From positions 2,304,001 to 2,368,000 of the forward strand of contig OZ218778.1 of the NCBI GenBank assembly GCA_965112635.1: 64,000 nucleotides of DNA. Reading direction: 5' to 3'. The notes below the pieces were generated by a model. It searched no databases, was not told the DNA's origin, and saw only the letters and a program-made list of their open reading frames with translations. The translations under genes were made by a program, and so were the position numbers. Source of the stretch: an uncultured bacterium. Its GTDB lineage: Bacteria > Oederibacteriota > Oederibacteriia > Oederibacteriales > Oederibacteriaceae. Of this stretch, positions 32,488 to 41,872 are shown piece by piece; positions within the stretch are counted from its first letter, which is position 1, and every line of letters starts with the position of its first letter.

Positions 32488-32516
32488 ATTCTAGCTTGCA
32501 AATTTGATATTTACAA
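32488..32516 (-). promoter_or_regulatory. putative sigma70 promoter of PorV-family gene
   Basis: TTGTAA-N17-TAGAAT on minus strand; AAGGAGG RBS downstream. Confidence 0.5.
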
Positions 32517-32603
32517 TAGCTGGAGAAAAAAATGTTGTTCTTTTAACTAACCCTGCCCTTCGGCAAAAATTGAGCTTACTTGACACAAAGCCTAGGTTTC
32601 TAC

Positions 32604-33647
32604 TTATGAAATCTTAACTTTATTTTCTCCTTTAATTATCTCGCCAATGACATAACAACGCTCGGTTACATTGAGAGACCTCAGAACCATCTTGACATCT
32701 TTTGGGTGCACAATAAGCACCAGTCCAATACCCATATTTAATGTTCTATAAGCTTCTTTATCTGACAACTTCCCCTTCTCCTGAATGAGTTCAAATATCT
32801 TGGGTATCTGCCAAGAACCCTTGCGAACATAAGCCTGGCAACCATCCGCCAGAATTCGTGGAATATTCTCCAGCAAACCGCCCCCAGTAATATGTGCCAT
32901 TCCATTTATCTGAAAGCGGTCCAACAACGGCAGCACCGATTGGCTGTAGCAGCGATGTGCGGCGAGCAATTCTTCTCCAATGGTCTTGCCCAAACCGCGA
33001 ACAAAGGAATTCGGTTTTAATTTCATCTTGTTGAAGAATATATTCCTGGCCAGCGAGTATCCATTTGTATGGAGCCCTGAAGAAGCCAGGCCAATTAAAA
33101 CATCCCCGGGCTTTATTTTTTTGCCATCAATGATCTTCTTTTTGTCCACTAATCCAACAATAAAACCGGCGAGATCATATTCCTCCTTTTTATATACATC
33201 GGGCATTTCAGCGGTTTCACCACCAATCAAAGCGCACCCGGCCCGACGGCATGCACTTGCCATTCCTTTCACGACTTCTTCAACAATACGAGGCGAGAGT
33301 TTACCTGCTGCAAAATAATCCAAAAAAAACAAGGGCCTGGCACCCTGCACTAAAATGTCATTGATGCAATGATTCACAAGATCTATTCCAATAGTATCGT
33401 GTTGCCTCATGGCAATGGCAACCTTCAACTTTGTCCCAACGCCATCAGCGGACGCAACAAGTACGGGTTCAGAAGATTTAACGCGGCTAATATCAAAAAG
33501 TCCTCCAAATAGCCCTATGTCCGCCAGAACTTCCGGCCCAAAAGTAGTTTGCACATGGGCCCTGATCCTTTTAACCGATTCATTTCCTGCATCAATATTT
33601 ACCCCTGATTGCTTGTATGTAATTTTCTCAGAAATTAATTTTTTCAT
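32604..33647 (-). CDS. purM: phosphoribosylformylglycinamidine cyclo-ligase
   Basis: YKQSGVNID, DGVGTK, GGETAEMP, SSGLHTNGYSL, HITGGG. Confidence 0.97.
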   Translation of the reverse strand: MKKLISEKITYKQSGVNIDAGNESVKRIRAHVQTTFGPEVLADIGLFGGLFDISRVKSSEPVLVASADGVGTKLKVAIAMRQHDTIGIDLVNHCINDILVQGARPLFFLDYFAAGKLSPRIVEEVVKGMASACRRAGCALIGGETAEMPDVYKKEEYDLAGFIVGLVDKKKIIDGKKIKPGDVLIGLASSGLHTNGYSLARNIFFNKMKLKPNSFVRGLGKTIGEELLAAHRCYSQSVLPLLDRFQINGMAHITGGGLLENIPRILADGCQAYVRKGSWQIPKIFELIQEKGKLSDKEAYRTLNMGIGLVLIVHPKDVKMVLRSLNVTERCYVIGEIIKGENKVKIS

Positions 33648-35039
33648 TCAGCACTTCCTCTCCAATTTCTCCTTAGAAGGCTCTTCAGTAAAATGCACTG
33701 GATAGACACCATCAAAGCAGGCCTTACAAAAACTTGAAGAGGCCTTTGCGGAGGCCATCATCATTCCTTCTATGCTCAAATAACCTATACTATCAACACG
33801 CAGATATCTGGCAATTTCATCCAGAGTATGAGTGGCGGCTATTAATTCTTTGCGTGTCGGGAAATCCATGCCATAGAAGCATGGATACATGATGGGAGGT
33901 GAACTCAGCCTCAAATGTATTTCTTTGGCCCCTGATTCCCTGAGCATCTTCGTGATCTTTCTCTGGGTTGTGCCTCTCACTACAGAATCGTCAACCACTA
34001 TAACCCTTTTCCCTTTTAGTAAAGACCTCACCGGATTATATTTAACCTTGGCCCCGAAATCCCGAATGCTCTGGCTTGGTTCTATAAACGTACGCCCCAC
34101 ATAATGGTTCCGGATGAGAGCTATTTCATAGGGGATCTTCGATTCTTCGGCATACCCTAGGGCAGCAGTATTGGAGGAGTCAGGGACTGGCACCACCAAA
34201 TCTGCAGAGATAGGGTGTTCTCTGGCCAGCATCCTGCCCAATTGTTTTCGGATACTTTCCACGTCATGGTTATAAATAATACTGTCCGGCCTGGAAAAAT
34301 AAATGAACTCAAAAATGCATGGGGTAGGGACTGTTTGAGCAAAAGGTTTGATGGATTTTAAACCGCGCTCGTTAATGATAACAATCTCGCCAGGCTCAAT
34401 ATCCCGGATATAGGTCGCATCCACAATATCAAAAGCACAACTTTCCGAAGCAACTACATAAGCATCTCCCAGCCGCCCTAGGCACAGAGGTCTGAAACCG
34501 TTCGGATCTCTGACCGCAATCAACTCTTTTTGCGTCATGACAAGTAAGGAATAGGCGCCTTTGACCTTTTTCAATGCGTCGATAACGGTATCAAGGAAAG
34601 AAATTTCCCCAGAACGAACGATCAAATGAACTATCACTTCGCTATCGCAAGACGATTGAAAGATGGAGCCATAGGCTTCCAGCTCATCTTTGATCAAGGC
34701 GGCATTAACCAAGTTGCCGTTATGGGCCACAGCTAAAGAGCCCCGGCCATATTCCACATGAATAGGCTGCGCGTTCTTCAACTCAGAAGAACCCGTGGTA
34801 GAGTACCGCACGTGTCCTATGGCCAAATGACCGGGCAGGCTGTCTAATATCCTTTCATTAAACACATCAGCGACCACGCCCATTTGCTTATAAGTAAGCA
34901 AATTGGAGCCATCCGCCGCACTAATCCCTGCGCTTTCTGCCCCGCGATGCTGTAAGGCATAAAGACCCAAATAAGTTATTTTCGCAGCTTCTGGATGATT
35001 ATAGACACCAAATACACCGCAATATTCTTTTAAGTCCAC
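33648..35039 (-). CDS. purF: amidophosphoribosyltransferase
   Basis: Short propeptide then CGVFG, QHRG, GHVRYST, HNGN, VDDSVVRGTT, Fe-S Cys (PCFYG, CKAC). Confidence 0.97.
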   Translation of the reverse strand: MDLKEYCGVFGVYNHPEAAKITYLGLYALQHRGAESAGISAADGSNLLTYKQMGVVADVFNERILDSLPGHLAIGHVRYSTTGSSELKNAQPIHVEYGRGSLAVAHNGNLVNAALIKDELEAYGSIFQSSCDSEVIVHLIVRSGEISFLDTVIDALKKVKGAYSLLVMTQKELIAVRDPNGFRPLCLGRLGDAYVVASESCAFDIVDATYIRDIEPGEIVIINERGLKSIKPFAQTVPTPCIFEFIYFSRPDSIIYNHDVESIRKQLGRMLAREHPISADLVVPVPDSSNTAALGYAEESKIPYEIALIRNHYVGRTFIEPSQSIRDFGAKVKYNPVRSLLKGKRVIVVDDSVVRGTTQRKITKMLRESGAKEIHLRLSSPPIMYPCFYGMDFPTRKELIAATHTLDEIARYLRVDSIGYLSIEGMMMASAKASSSFCKACFDGVYPVHFTEEPSKEKLERKC

Positions 35040-35064
35040 CGATTATCCTCCCCTTTTATGCTAA

Positions 35065-35874
35065 TCATCCGTTTTTTAGTTTTTTGGAAGCATACGCAAT
35101 AGCTGCCCGGAAAAAAGATAAACCTTGTCCTTCTGAACCGCCCGTTTTGTCCATTCTGGTCCATCGCGGGTGATTATAAAAGCTCCAAAAACGTTCGGGG
35201 TGTGGCATCATACCCATGACATTGCCCTTGGCATTGCAAATAGCTGCGATATGACCAACAGAACCGTTTGGATTCCAGGGGTAAGAACCGAATTGGCCAT
35301 TTTCTTTAATATATTGGAAAACAACCTGTTTGTTACTGATAATTTTGTCCAAAGTTTTCTTTCCATCCACCATGAATTTTCCCTCGCCATGGGCGATAGG
35401 TAGATAAAAACGTTCGGGCAGATTTTCTACAAAAACACAACAGGAATAGAGGTTTGTTTTAAGGTAGATCCATCGGTCATCAAACCTGCCAGAATTGTTA
35501 AAAGTCAGAGTTGCCACCTGTCTTTCATCAGACAGGCTAAACCCAGGCAAAAATCCAGACTTAATAAGAACTTGAAAACCATTACAAATTCCTATAACTA
35601 AACGGCCTTGTCCAATATATCGCTCGAGTTCTGCCTTCAATTTATATTTCAATTCATTGGCAAATATTTTGCCAGCTCCAATATCATCGCCATAGGAAAA
35701 TCCACCTGGTATGACAACTAAAGAATAGGGATCCAGAATATCTTTGTTTTTTACGAGGGTATTTACAGCTAACAAACTAGGTTCAGCGCCTGTCAGCTCG
35801 AGCGCATGCACTGTTTCTTTGTCGCAATTAATCCCAGCTACTCTGAGCACCGCTGCTTTAATTTTTTTCGACAT
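35065..35874 (-). CDS. purQ: FGAM synthase glutaminase subunit
   Basis: PGGFSYGD, GICNGFQ, AHGEG, NPNGS, MMPHPER. Confidence 0.96.
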   Translation of the reverse strand: MSKKIKAAVLRVAGINCDKETVHALELTGAEPSLLAVNTLVKNKDILDPYSLVVIPGGFSYGDDIGAGKIFANELKYKLKAELERYIGQGRLVIGICNGFQVLIKSGFLPGFSLSDERQVATLTFNNSGRFDDRWIYLKTNLYSCCVFVENLPERFYLPIAHGEGKFMVDGKKTLDKIISNKQVVFQYIKENGQFGSYPWNPNGSVGHIAAICNAKGNVMGMMPHPERFWSFYNHPRWTRMDKTGGSEGQGLSFFRAAIAYASKKLKNG

Positions 35875-35907
35875 TACTCTTTTTTCCTTCCGAATACAAC
35901 AAACTCA

Positions 35908-38262
35908 CTAAAAGTTTAGCGTCTTTTTCCAGGCAGTTTTTAAATTAGCTATATTCTCTCTGATAATCACTTTTTTATTGAATCCCCGAACAACAAATAA
36001 ATCACTTTTATTCACTTTACCAATCAGACTGAACGGCACTTTCTTGAAAAATTGATTGAATTTCTTTTGCATCCGAGGCTCTATTTCAACGAGAAAACGG
36101 CTGTTGCTCTCGGAAAATAAAATATAATCATCACGCAATTCACCACTATATGGCACTTTCCTCAAGTCTATTTCAATCCCCGCCCCCCCTGCAAAGGCCA
36201 TTTCTGCAGCAGCAATTCCTAATCCGCCTTCGGAACAGTCATGGCAGGCTACTATTAGACCGCTCTTGATGGCTGAGTGGATCGCTTTAAATTCTTCCTT
36301 CGCCATGTTCGGGTCAACAAAGGGAACCCTGGGACTTGATGCTTTTAATAAATCAAAGTAACAAGATCCGCCCAATTCATTTCTGGTCATTCCAATAAGG
36401 TAAATAAAATCGCCCGGATTTTTTAGATCCATAGAAACGACCTTCCTTCGATCCGGGATGACCGAAATTGAAGAAATTAATAATATTGGCGGGATAGCCC
36501 CAGCTTGACTTTCATTATTTAGGCTGTCCTTTCCCGAAATAAAAGGGGTTTCAAGCACTTTTGCCATATCATAACAAGCTTGGGCGGCTAGAACGAGGCC
36601 ACCTAGTTGGTCCTTTTTATCCGGATTACCCCAGCAAAAATTATCGAGCAATGCCGTTCTTTGGGGGTCCCCTCCGACGCATACCACATTGCGCATGGCT
36701 TCATCAATGGCTGAAGAGGCCATGGCATAAGGGTCGATCTTTCCAAACTTACAGTTGATGCCACAACCTACCACAATCGCTTTAGATGAATTTAAAACAG
36801 GCTGAACAACACAAGCATCACCAGGTCCGTCATTGTTGACTCCCACTAAAGGTTTCAGGATACTCCCTCCTTGAACCTCATGGTCGTACTGTCTAACAAT
36901 CCACTCCTTGCTCGCAATATTATGGTCTTGCAAAAGCCTTATCAAAATCTTTCCTAAGTTAGCGGGCTCATCGGGATTTGATTCCGGGATGAATGGTTCT
37001 ACCCAATTGGTCGTTTTGGTTTGGCGAGGGCAGCCATCGTGTAAAAAGTCCATAGAAAGGTCACCGATTTTTGCGCCTGAATAATAAAGGCGGAGGCGTC
37101 GAGATCTGGTAAATACCCCAATCGCTGTTGCTTCAACATTTTCAAAATCAAATATTTCTTTCAGTCGGGCAAATTTTTGAGGGGGGACTGCCAGGACCAT
37201 TCTTTCTTGGGCTTCCGAGACCCAGATTTCCCACGGCAATAGTCCCTTATATTTAAGTGGGGCTTTTTCCAAATGAACCTCAGCTCCAGTCAGAGCACCC
37301 ATCTCACCGACAGCGGAAGAAAGACCTCCGGCCCCGCAATCGGTGACAGCATTAAATAAATTAAGGTCTCTGGCCAGGATTAAGGCGTCTAAAACTTTTT
37401 TTTCTTCAATAGCATTACCAATCTGCACCACGCTTCCTTCTGTCTTCTCTTTCAATCCTATTGAGGAAAAAGTAGCCCCATGAATGCCGTCTCTGCCTGT
37501 CCTGCCTCCCACAACGACCACGAGATCATTCGTCTTTGCCCTTTTAAAGGCTTTGCCTTTGGGGATCACGCCGACGGTCCCACAGAAAACTAGAGGATTC
37601 CCTAAAAAGCCATCGTCAAAACAGACCGCCCCATTAACGGTCGGAATCCCCATTCTATTTCCGTAATCACGAACCCCACTTACAACTCCCTTCATAATAC
37701 GTAAGGGATGAAGAATGTTTTTTGGGATCGACGAAGAAGGAAAATCGGGCCTGGCAAAACAGAATACATCGGTATTCATGACAGGTTTTGCGCCAAGACC
37801 AACTCCCAAAATATCCCGGATCACGCCCCCCAGACCTGTATTGGCCCCTCCATAAGGCTCAATGGCCGACGGATGGTTATGCGTCTCAACCTTAAAAGCA
37901 ACATGATGGCTCTTATCTAAAGTGATAATTCCTGCATTGTCCTTAAATACAGAAATACACCACGGCTTGTTGAGTTCCCTGGTAACCCGCGCGATAGTTT
38001 TTTTAAACATATTGTCGATGACTGTATGCCCAAATCGAATATACCCTTTAAAAGTTTTATGAATACAGTGCTCTGACCAAGTCTGGGCTAATGTTTCAAG
38101 TTCTATATCGTTGGGCTCTCTCTTTTCTCTGGAAAAATATTTTTGGATTTCCCGCATTTCAGATAAATTGAGGGAAAGGCTTCCTTTGTCGCTTAATTTC
38201 AAAAGTCCCTCAGAACTTAATGGTCTTAAGAGGACCTTCTTGCAACGCACACGGTTTGCCAT
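35908..38262 (-). CDS. purL: FGAM synthase synthetase subunit
   Basis: QTWSEHC.HK, KVETHNHPS, GRDGIHGA, DCGAGG, SEAQERM, QYDHEV, GKDSL. Confidence 0.96.
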   Translation of the reverse strand: MANRVRCKKVLLRPLSSEGLLKLSDKGSLSLNLSEMREIQKYFSREKREPNDIELETLAQTWSEHCIHKTFKGYIRFGHTVIDNMFKKTIARVTRELNKPWCISVFKDNAGIITLDKSHHVAFKVETHNHPSAIEPYGGANTGLGGVIRDILGVGLGAKPVMNTDVFCFARPDFPSSSIPKNILHPLRIMKGVVSGVRDYGNRMGIPTVNGAVCFDDGFLGNPLVFCGTVGVIPKGKAFKRAKTNDLVVVVGGRTGRDGIHGATFSSIGLKEKTEGSVVQIGNAIEEKKVLDALILARDLNLFNAVTDCGAGGLSSAVGEMGALTGAEVHLEKAPLKYKGLLPWEIWVSEAQERMVLAVPPQKFARLKEIFDFENVEATAIGVFTRSRRLRLYYSGAKIGDLSMDFLHDGCPRQTKTTNWVEPFIPESNPDEPANLGKILIRLLQDHNIASKEWIVRQYDHEVQGGSILKPLVGVNNDGPGDACVVQPVLNSSKAIVVGCGINCKFGKIDPYAMASSAIDEAMRNVVCVGGDPQRTALLDNFCWGNPDKKDQLGGLVLAAQACYDMAKVLETPFISGKDSLNNESQAGAIPPILLISSISVIPDRRKVVSMDLKNPGDFIYLIGMTRNELGGSCYFDLLKASSPRVPFVDPNMAKEEFKAIHSAIKSGLIVACHDCSEGGLGIAAAEMAFAGGAGIEIDLRKVPYSGELRDDYILFSESNSRFLVEIEPRMQKKFNQFFKKVPFSLIGKVNKSDLFVVRGFNKKVIIRENIANLKTAWKKTLNF

Positions 38263-38270
38263 AGGACTTC

Positions 38271-38732
38271 TTAATGATCTCCTTTTATGATTTTTACGGA
38301 ATGAATCAAACTGTTAGACAACAACTCGTGCGCTATAATTTTTGTGGTTATAAGGCTTGAGATTCCTTCGAGAATATACTTACTTCCGGTTCTTACCTCT
38401 GAAAGAGTAAAGATGCCCATATCTCGAGCTGCTTTTAAGACGCTCTCGCCTACTACATCGGTCACCCCTGGCTTGAACCAAACTTCTACGGCAGAAGAAC
38501 CCCGGGGCACAGGAACATGATGGTCGGAGTAATTTTGATTAACTCGGTCTGTTAACAAATCTTCACAGAATAGCTTCAGATGGGATGGACTCAAATTGCC
38601 TTTTATTTGATATAGCTGTACGAATCTAACGTGATGGACTGTAGTCCCCATCTCATGAATGCTCTTCTTAATTCCATCTCCTAATGGATCCCTTACTTTG
38701 TGATTATACGCAACCTCGATAGTCTTTATCAA
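38271..38732 (-). CDS. purS: PurS-like protein with two tandem PurS domains
   Basis: IEVAYNHKVRDPLG and VEVWFKPGVTDVVG repeats; between purB and purL; TTG start at 38732 after AAGGA (track start 38768). Confidence 0.78.
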   Translation of the reverse strand: MIKTIEVAYNHKVRDPLGDGIKKSIHEMGTTVHHVRFVQLYQIKGNLSPSHLKLFCEDLLTDRVNQNYSDHHVPVPRGSSAVEVWFKPGVTDVVGESVLKAARDMGIFTLSEVRTGSKYILEGISSLITTKIIAHELLSNSLIHSVKIIKGDH

Positions 38733-38745
38733 AATTCGTCCTTTG

Positions 38746-40047
38746 TTATTTTTTTTCAATAGCTGCACGCTTAAATATTTTAGGTAAATTCTTCAAATAA
38801 GCATTGGCATCGAAACAACCTTCGATATTGGCCTTTTCAAGATATTGGCAAATCATTGGGTCATTTTCGGCCAAAATCTTTAGGGGCCGCTTTTTTTCCC
38901 AAGCCTCCATAGCAAGAGATTGGGCAAGGCGGTAAGCCTTCTCTTTGTGCATCCCTGCTTTAGTCAACGCCAGCATCAACCGCTGGGCGAAAATCGCCCC
39001 GTAAGTTTTCTCGATATTCTCGGCCATATGGTCAGGATATATGGTCAATTTATCGAACATGCGAGTAAATGTATTCAGCATATAATCACATAGGATCAAA
39101 CTGTCCGGGATTACAATCCTTTCCACGGATGAATTGGTCAGGTCTCTTTCGTGCCAAAGGGAAATGTTCTCAAGGGACGTCAGGGCGTACCCTCTCATAA
39201 CCCGCGCCAGGCCTGATATTTGTTCGCTGATGATAGGATTACGCTTGTGGGGCATAGCGGAAGAACCTTTTTGGGATGCAGAAAAATACTCTTCAAGCTC
39301 TAGAATTTCGGTGCGCTGCAAATTGCGTATTTCAGTGGAAAACTTCTCCAATGAGCTAGCGATAAGAGCAAGAGTTACAACAAGCTGTGCGTGTCTATCT
39401 CTTTGCAATATTTGGGTAGAAACCACAGCGGGCTTTAACCCCAAAGCCGAGCATACCTTACTTTCTATTGCCGGTGAAATGTTCGCAAAAGTACCAACTG
39501 CCCCAGAAAGTTTTCCCACAGCAATCATTTCTCTAGCCTGCTTGATTCGCTGAAGGTTACGCTTAATTTCCTCATGCCAAACAAGAAATTTAAATCCAAG
39601 GGTGATCGGCTCTGCGTGAACGCCATGGGTCCGGCCAATCATGATTGTATTTTTGTAATTTTTAATCTTAGTCTTTACAGCACCAAGCAATCTTTTGAGA
39701 TCATCGGTGATAATATCGCAAGCTTTGACCAAGCGCCACGAAAGAGCTGTATCCTCAACATCATAAGATGTTAACCCCCGATGCAGGTACCGCGCCTCTG
39801 GCCCAACGGATTCGCCCACAGCCTCCAGAAAAGCATTTAGGTCGTGTTTAACAAGTTTTTCAAGTTCCTCAATACGGCTGACAGAATACTTTGCTTTTGA
39901 CTTGATCTTATTAAATGCTTGTTTAGGTACTTCCCCACGCCTGGCTTGTTCTTCACATACCAATAATTCAACTTTTAACCAAGAGTCGAATTTTGCTTCT
40001 TCCGAAAAAAGTGCGGCCATCTCTGGTAAAGAATAACGTCGTATCAT
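38746..40047 (-). CDS. purB: adenylosuccinate lyase
   Basis: MIRRYS, GRTHGVHAEP, QKGSSAMPHKRNP, WHERD; alternative start 40053. Confidence 0.97.
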   Translation of the reverse strand: MIRRYSLPEMAALFSEEAKFDSWLKVELLVCEEQARRGEVPKQAFNKIKSKAKYSVSRIEELEKLVKHDLNAFLEAVGESVGPEARYLHRGLTSYDVEDTALSWRLVKACDIITDDLKRLLGAVKTKIKNYKNTIMIGRTHGVHAEPITLGFKFLVWHEEIKRNLQRIKQAREMIAVGKLSGAVGTFANISPAIESKVCSALGLKPAVVSTQILQRDRHAQLVVTLALIASSLEKFSTEIRNLQRTEILELEEYFSASQKGSSAMPHKRNPIISEQISGLARVMRGYALTSLENISLWHERDLTNSSVERIVIPDSLILCDYMLNTFTRMFDKLTIYPDHMAENIEKTYGAIFAQRLMLALTKAGMHKEKAYRLAQSLAMEAWEKKRPLKILAENDPMICQYLEKANIEGCFDANAYLKNLPKIFKRAAIEKK

Positions 40048-40114
40048 AGGCATCCCCTTTCTATAGATCTAAAACAGCCATCACATATTCCACAAACAAT
40101 TTTTCACGGACTTT

Positions 40115-40915
40115 TCATCGTGGCCACGGCTCCCTTTTTTTGTATTCTTCCAAAATTTCCTTTAATTGTGGCATGGCCGCCACGGCAGCTTGCTCTCCCG
40201 CCTCAATAAGAACCTTTGCCTTCTTGAAATTATAAGGTTCAGCGTCCGTTATTTTGGGGCATATCATAATATCAGCGCTCTCCGCTATTGATTTGGACCC
40301 TTGGATCAAAAATAGATGAAGGGTCTGAATAATCAGATCGGGAATAGTATCCAGTTTTTGCGTTTTCTGCACGCAACCTAGAACATTAACCCCCACCACG
40401 ATATCGGCGCCTTTCTCTTGCAATGTCCGTGCGGGAACATTTTCAACAATCCCGCCGTCAGCCAAGATCATCCCTTCATAATGTATCGGTGGAAATATAC
40501 CAGGTATTGACGAACTGGCCAAAACGACCTTGCCCAAAGGCCCTTTCTCTAACACAACCTTGCTGCCTGACTGCAAATCGGTAGCAACGACGTAAAAAGG
40601 AATTTTCATCTCGCTGATATCGCTCTTGCCTGTTGTACTTTCAACAAATCTTGATAAAGGGATTGCATTAAAAAAACCATTATTGGCAATAGAAATATGC
40701 ATCAAGTCTCTAAATTTAATTTTCTTCGTTATTTCCTCAAGCTGAGAAGCCTTGAGCCCGGATGCGTACAACGACCCAATAATAGCACCAGCGCTTGTTC
40801 CTGCCAGCATTGAGATCGGGATTTCTTCTTTTTCGAGGACTTTGATCACTCCCACATGAGCCAAACCGTAAGCTCCACCCCCGCCTAAGGCCAAACCAAT
40901 CTTCGGACGCCGCAT
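40115..40915 (-). CDS. patatin-like phospholipase (RssA-like)
   Basis: GGGAYG, GTSAG, DGG catalytic motifs. Confidence 0.92.
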   Translation of the reverse strand: MRRPKIGLALGGGGAYGLAHVGVIKVLEKEEIPISMLAGTSAGAIIGSLYASGLKASQLEEITKKIKFRDLMHISIANNGFFNAIPLSRFVESTTGKSDISEMKIPFYVVATDLQSGSKVVLEKGPLGKVVLASSSIPGIFPPIHYEGMILADGGIVENVPARTLQEKGADIVVGVNVLGCVQKTQKLDTIPDLIIQTLHLFLIQGSKSIAESADIMICPKITDAEPYNFKKAKVLIEAGEQAAVAAMPQLKEILEEYKKREPWPR

Positions 40916-41003
40916 GACTCAACACCTCATGAACAAACGAGAAATATAATCAATGATTGCTTCTGGAGGGTTTGCTTTATCTTTGTCTCTAATTGCAGAA
41001 ACA

Positions 41004-41825
41004 TTACTTCTTTAAATCAAGGCCCAAATCCGTCACAACCTGCTCCACGATAGTCGAAGAAATGACCTCTTTTTTGATTAAATAACCTTCTAGCAAGCAA
41101 TTGTCACACAGCGTATTGATCAGCCGAGGAATTCCCTTGCTAAACTGATAAATAGTTAGAGCTGCGTCAGGAAGAAAAATTTCCCTAGTGCACCCAACGA
41201 TGGAAAGTCTATGCTTAATATAATTGCCGGTTGAGACAGGGTCCAAAGATTTTAGGGTAAATTTTACGGCGATACGCTGCATAAGGGGGGGGTCCAAAGC
41301 TAGATATTTGTCTAAATCAGGAAGCCCCATCAGGACGACGGAAATAAGCTTGCGTCCAGGGACTTCTAGATTGAGAAGGCCCCTAAACTCTTCAAAGATC
41401 TCTCGGGTCTGCAGCATATTGGCTTCATCGATAATGACCACCGCTTTTTTCCCTTGTTCATAGATCTCCATAAGGCGGTTATAGAGTTGGGTCAATATCG
41501 CACTCTTAGTTTCAGCTGGCTCAGCTACACCAAGTTGCAGCGCTATCTTCCTCAAAAGCCATTCAGCCGATATTTCAGTGTGAACAATAACCAGCAAGGC
41601 TGCCTCATACTCATCCGTCTGTAAACGATCCAGCAGTTTCCGGGCCAATAAAGTCTTGCCTGCGCCCATCTCCCCGACCATCACAACGAGACCCTTCATC
41701 GTCTTAACGCCGTGAAGGATCCTCACAATTGCTTCAGAATGCTGGTCGCTTTCGTAGAAAAAACGACTATCCGCCGCGTTAGAAAAAGGCTGTTCTGTGA
41801 AGCCGTAAAACTTTTCGTAACTCAA
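41004..41825 (-). CDS. ExeA/GspA-family AAA ATPase
   Basis: YGF.EQPFS..DSRFFY, Walker A GEMGAGKT, Walker B IIDEA, QRI, YIKHRL, GIPRLIN. Confidence 0.9.
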   Translation of the reverse strand: MSYEKFYGFTEQPFSNAADSRFFYESDQHSEAIVRILHGVKTMKGLVVMVGEMGAGKTLLARKLLDRLQTDEYEAALLVIVHTEISAEWLLRKIALQLGVAEPAETKSAILTQLYNRLMEIYEQGKKAVVIIDEANMLQTREIFEEFRGLLNLEVPGRKLISVVLMGLPDLDKYLALDPPLMQRIAVKFTLKSLDPVSTGNYIKHRLSIVGCTREIFLPDAALTIYQFSKGIPRLINTLCDNCLLEGYLIKKEVISSTIVEQVVTDLGLDLKK

Positions 41826-41872
41826 AGAGAACCCTCCAACTCTACCGGCCTAATGCACGACACGGTTGATTA

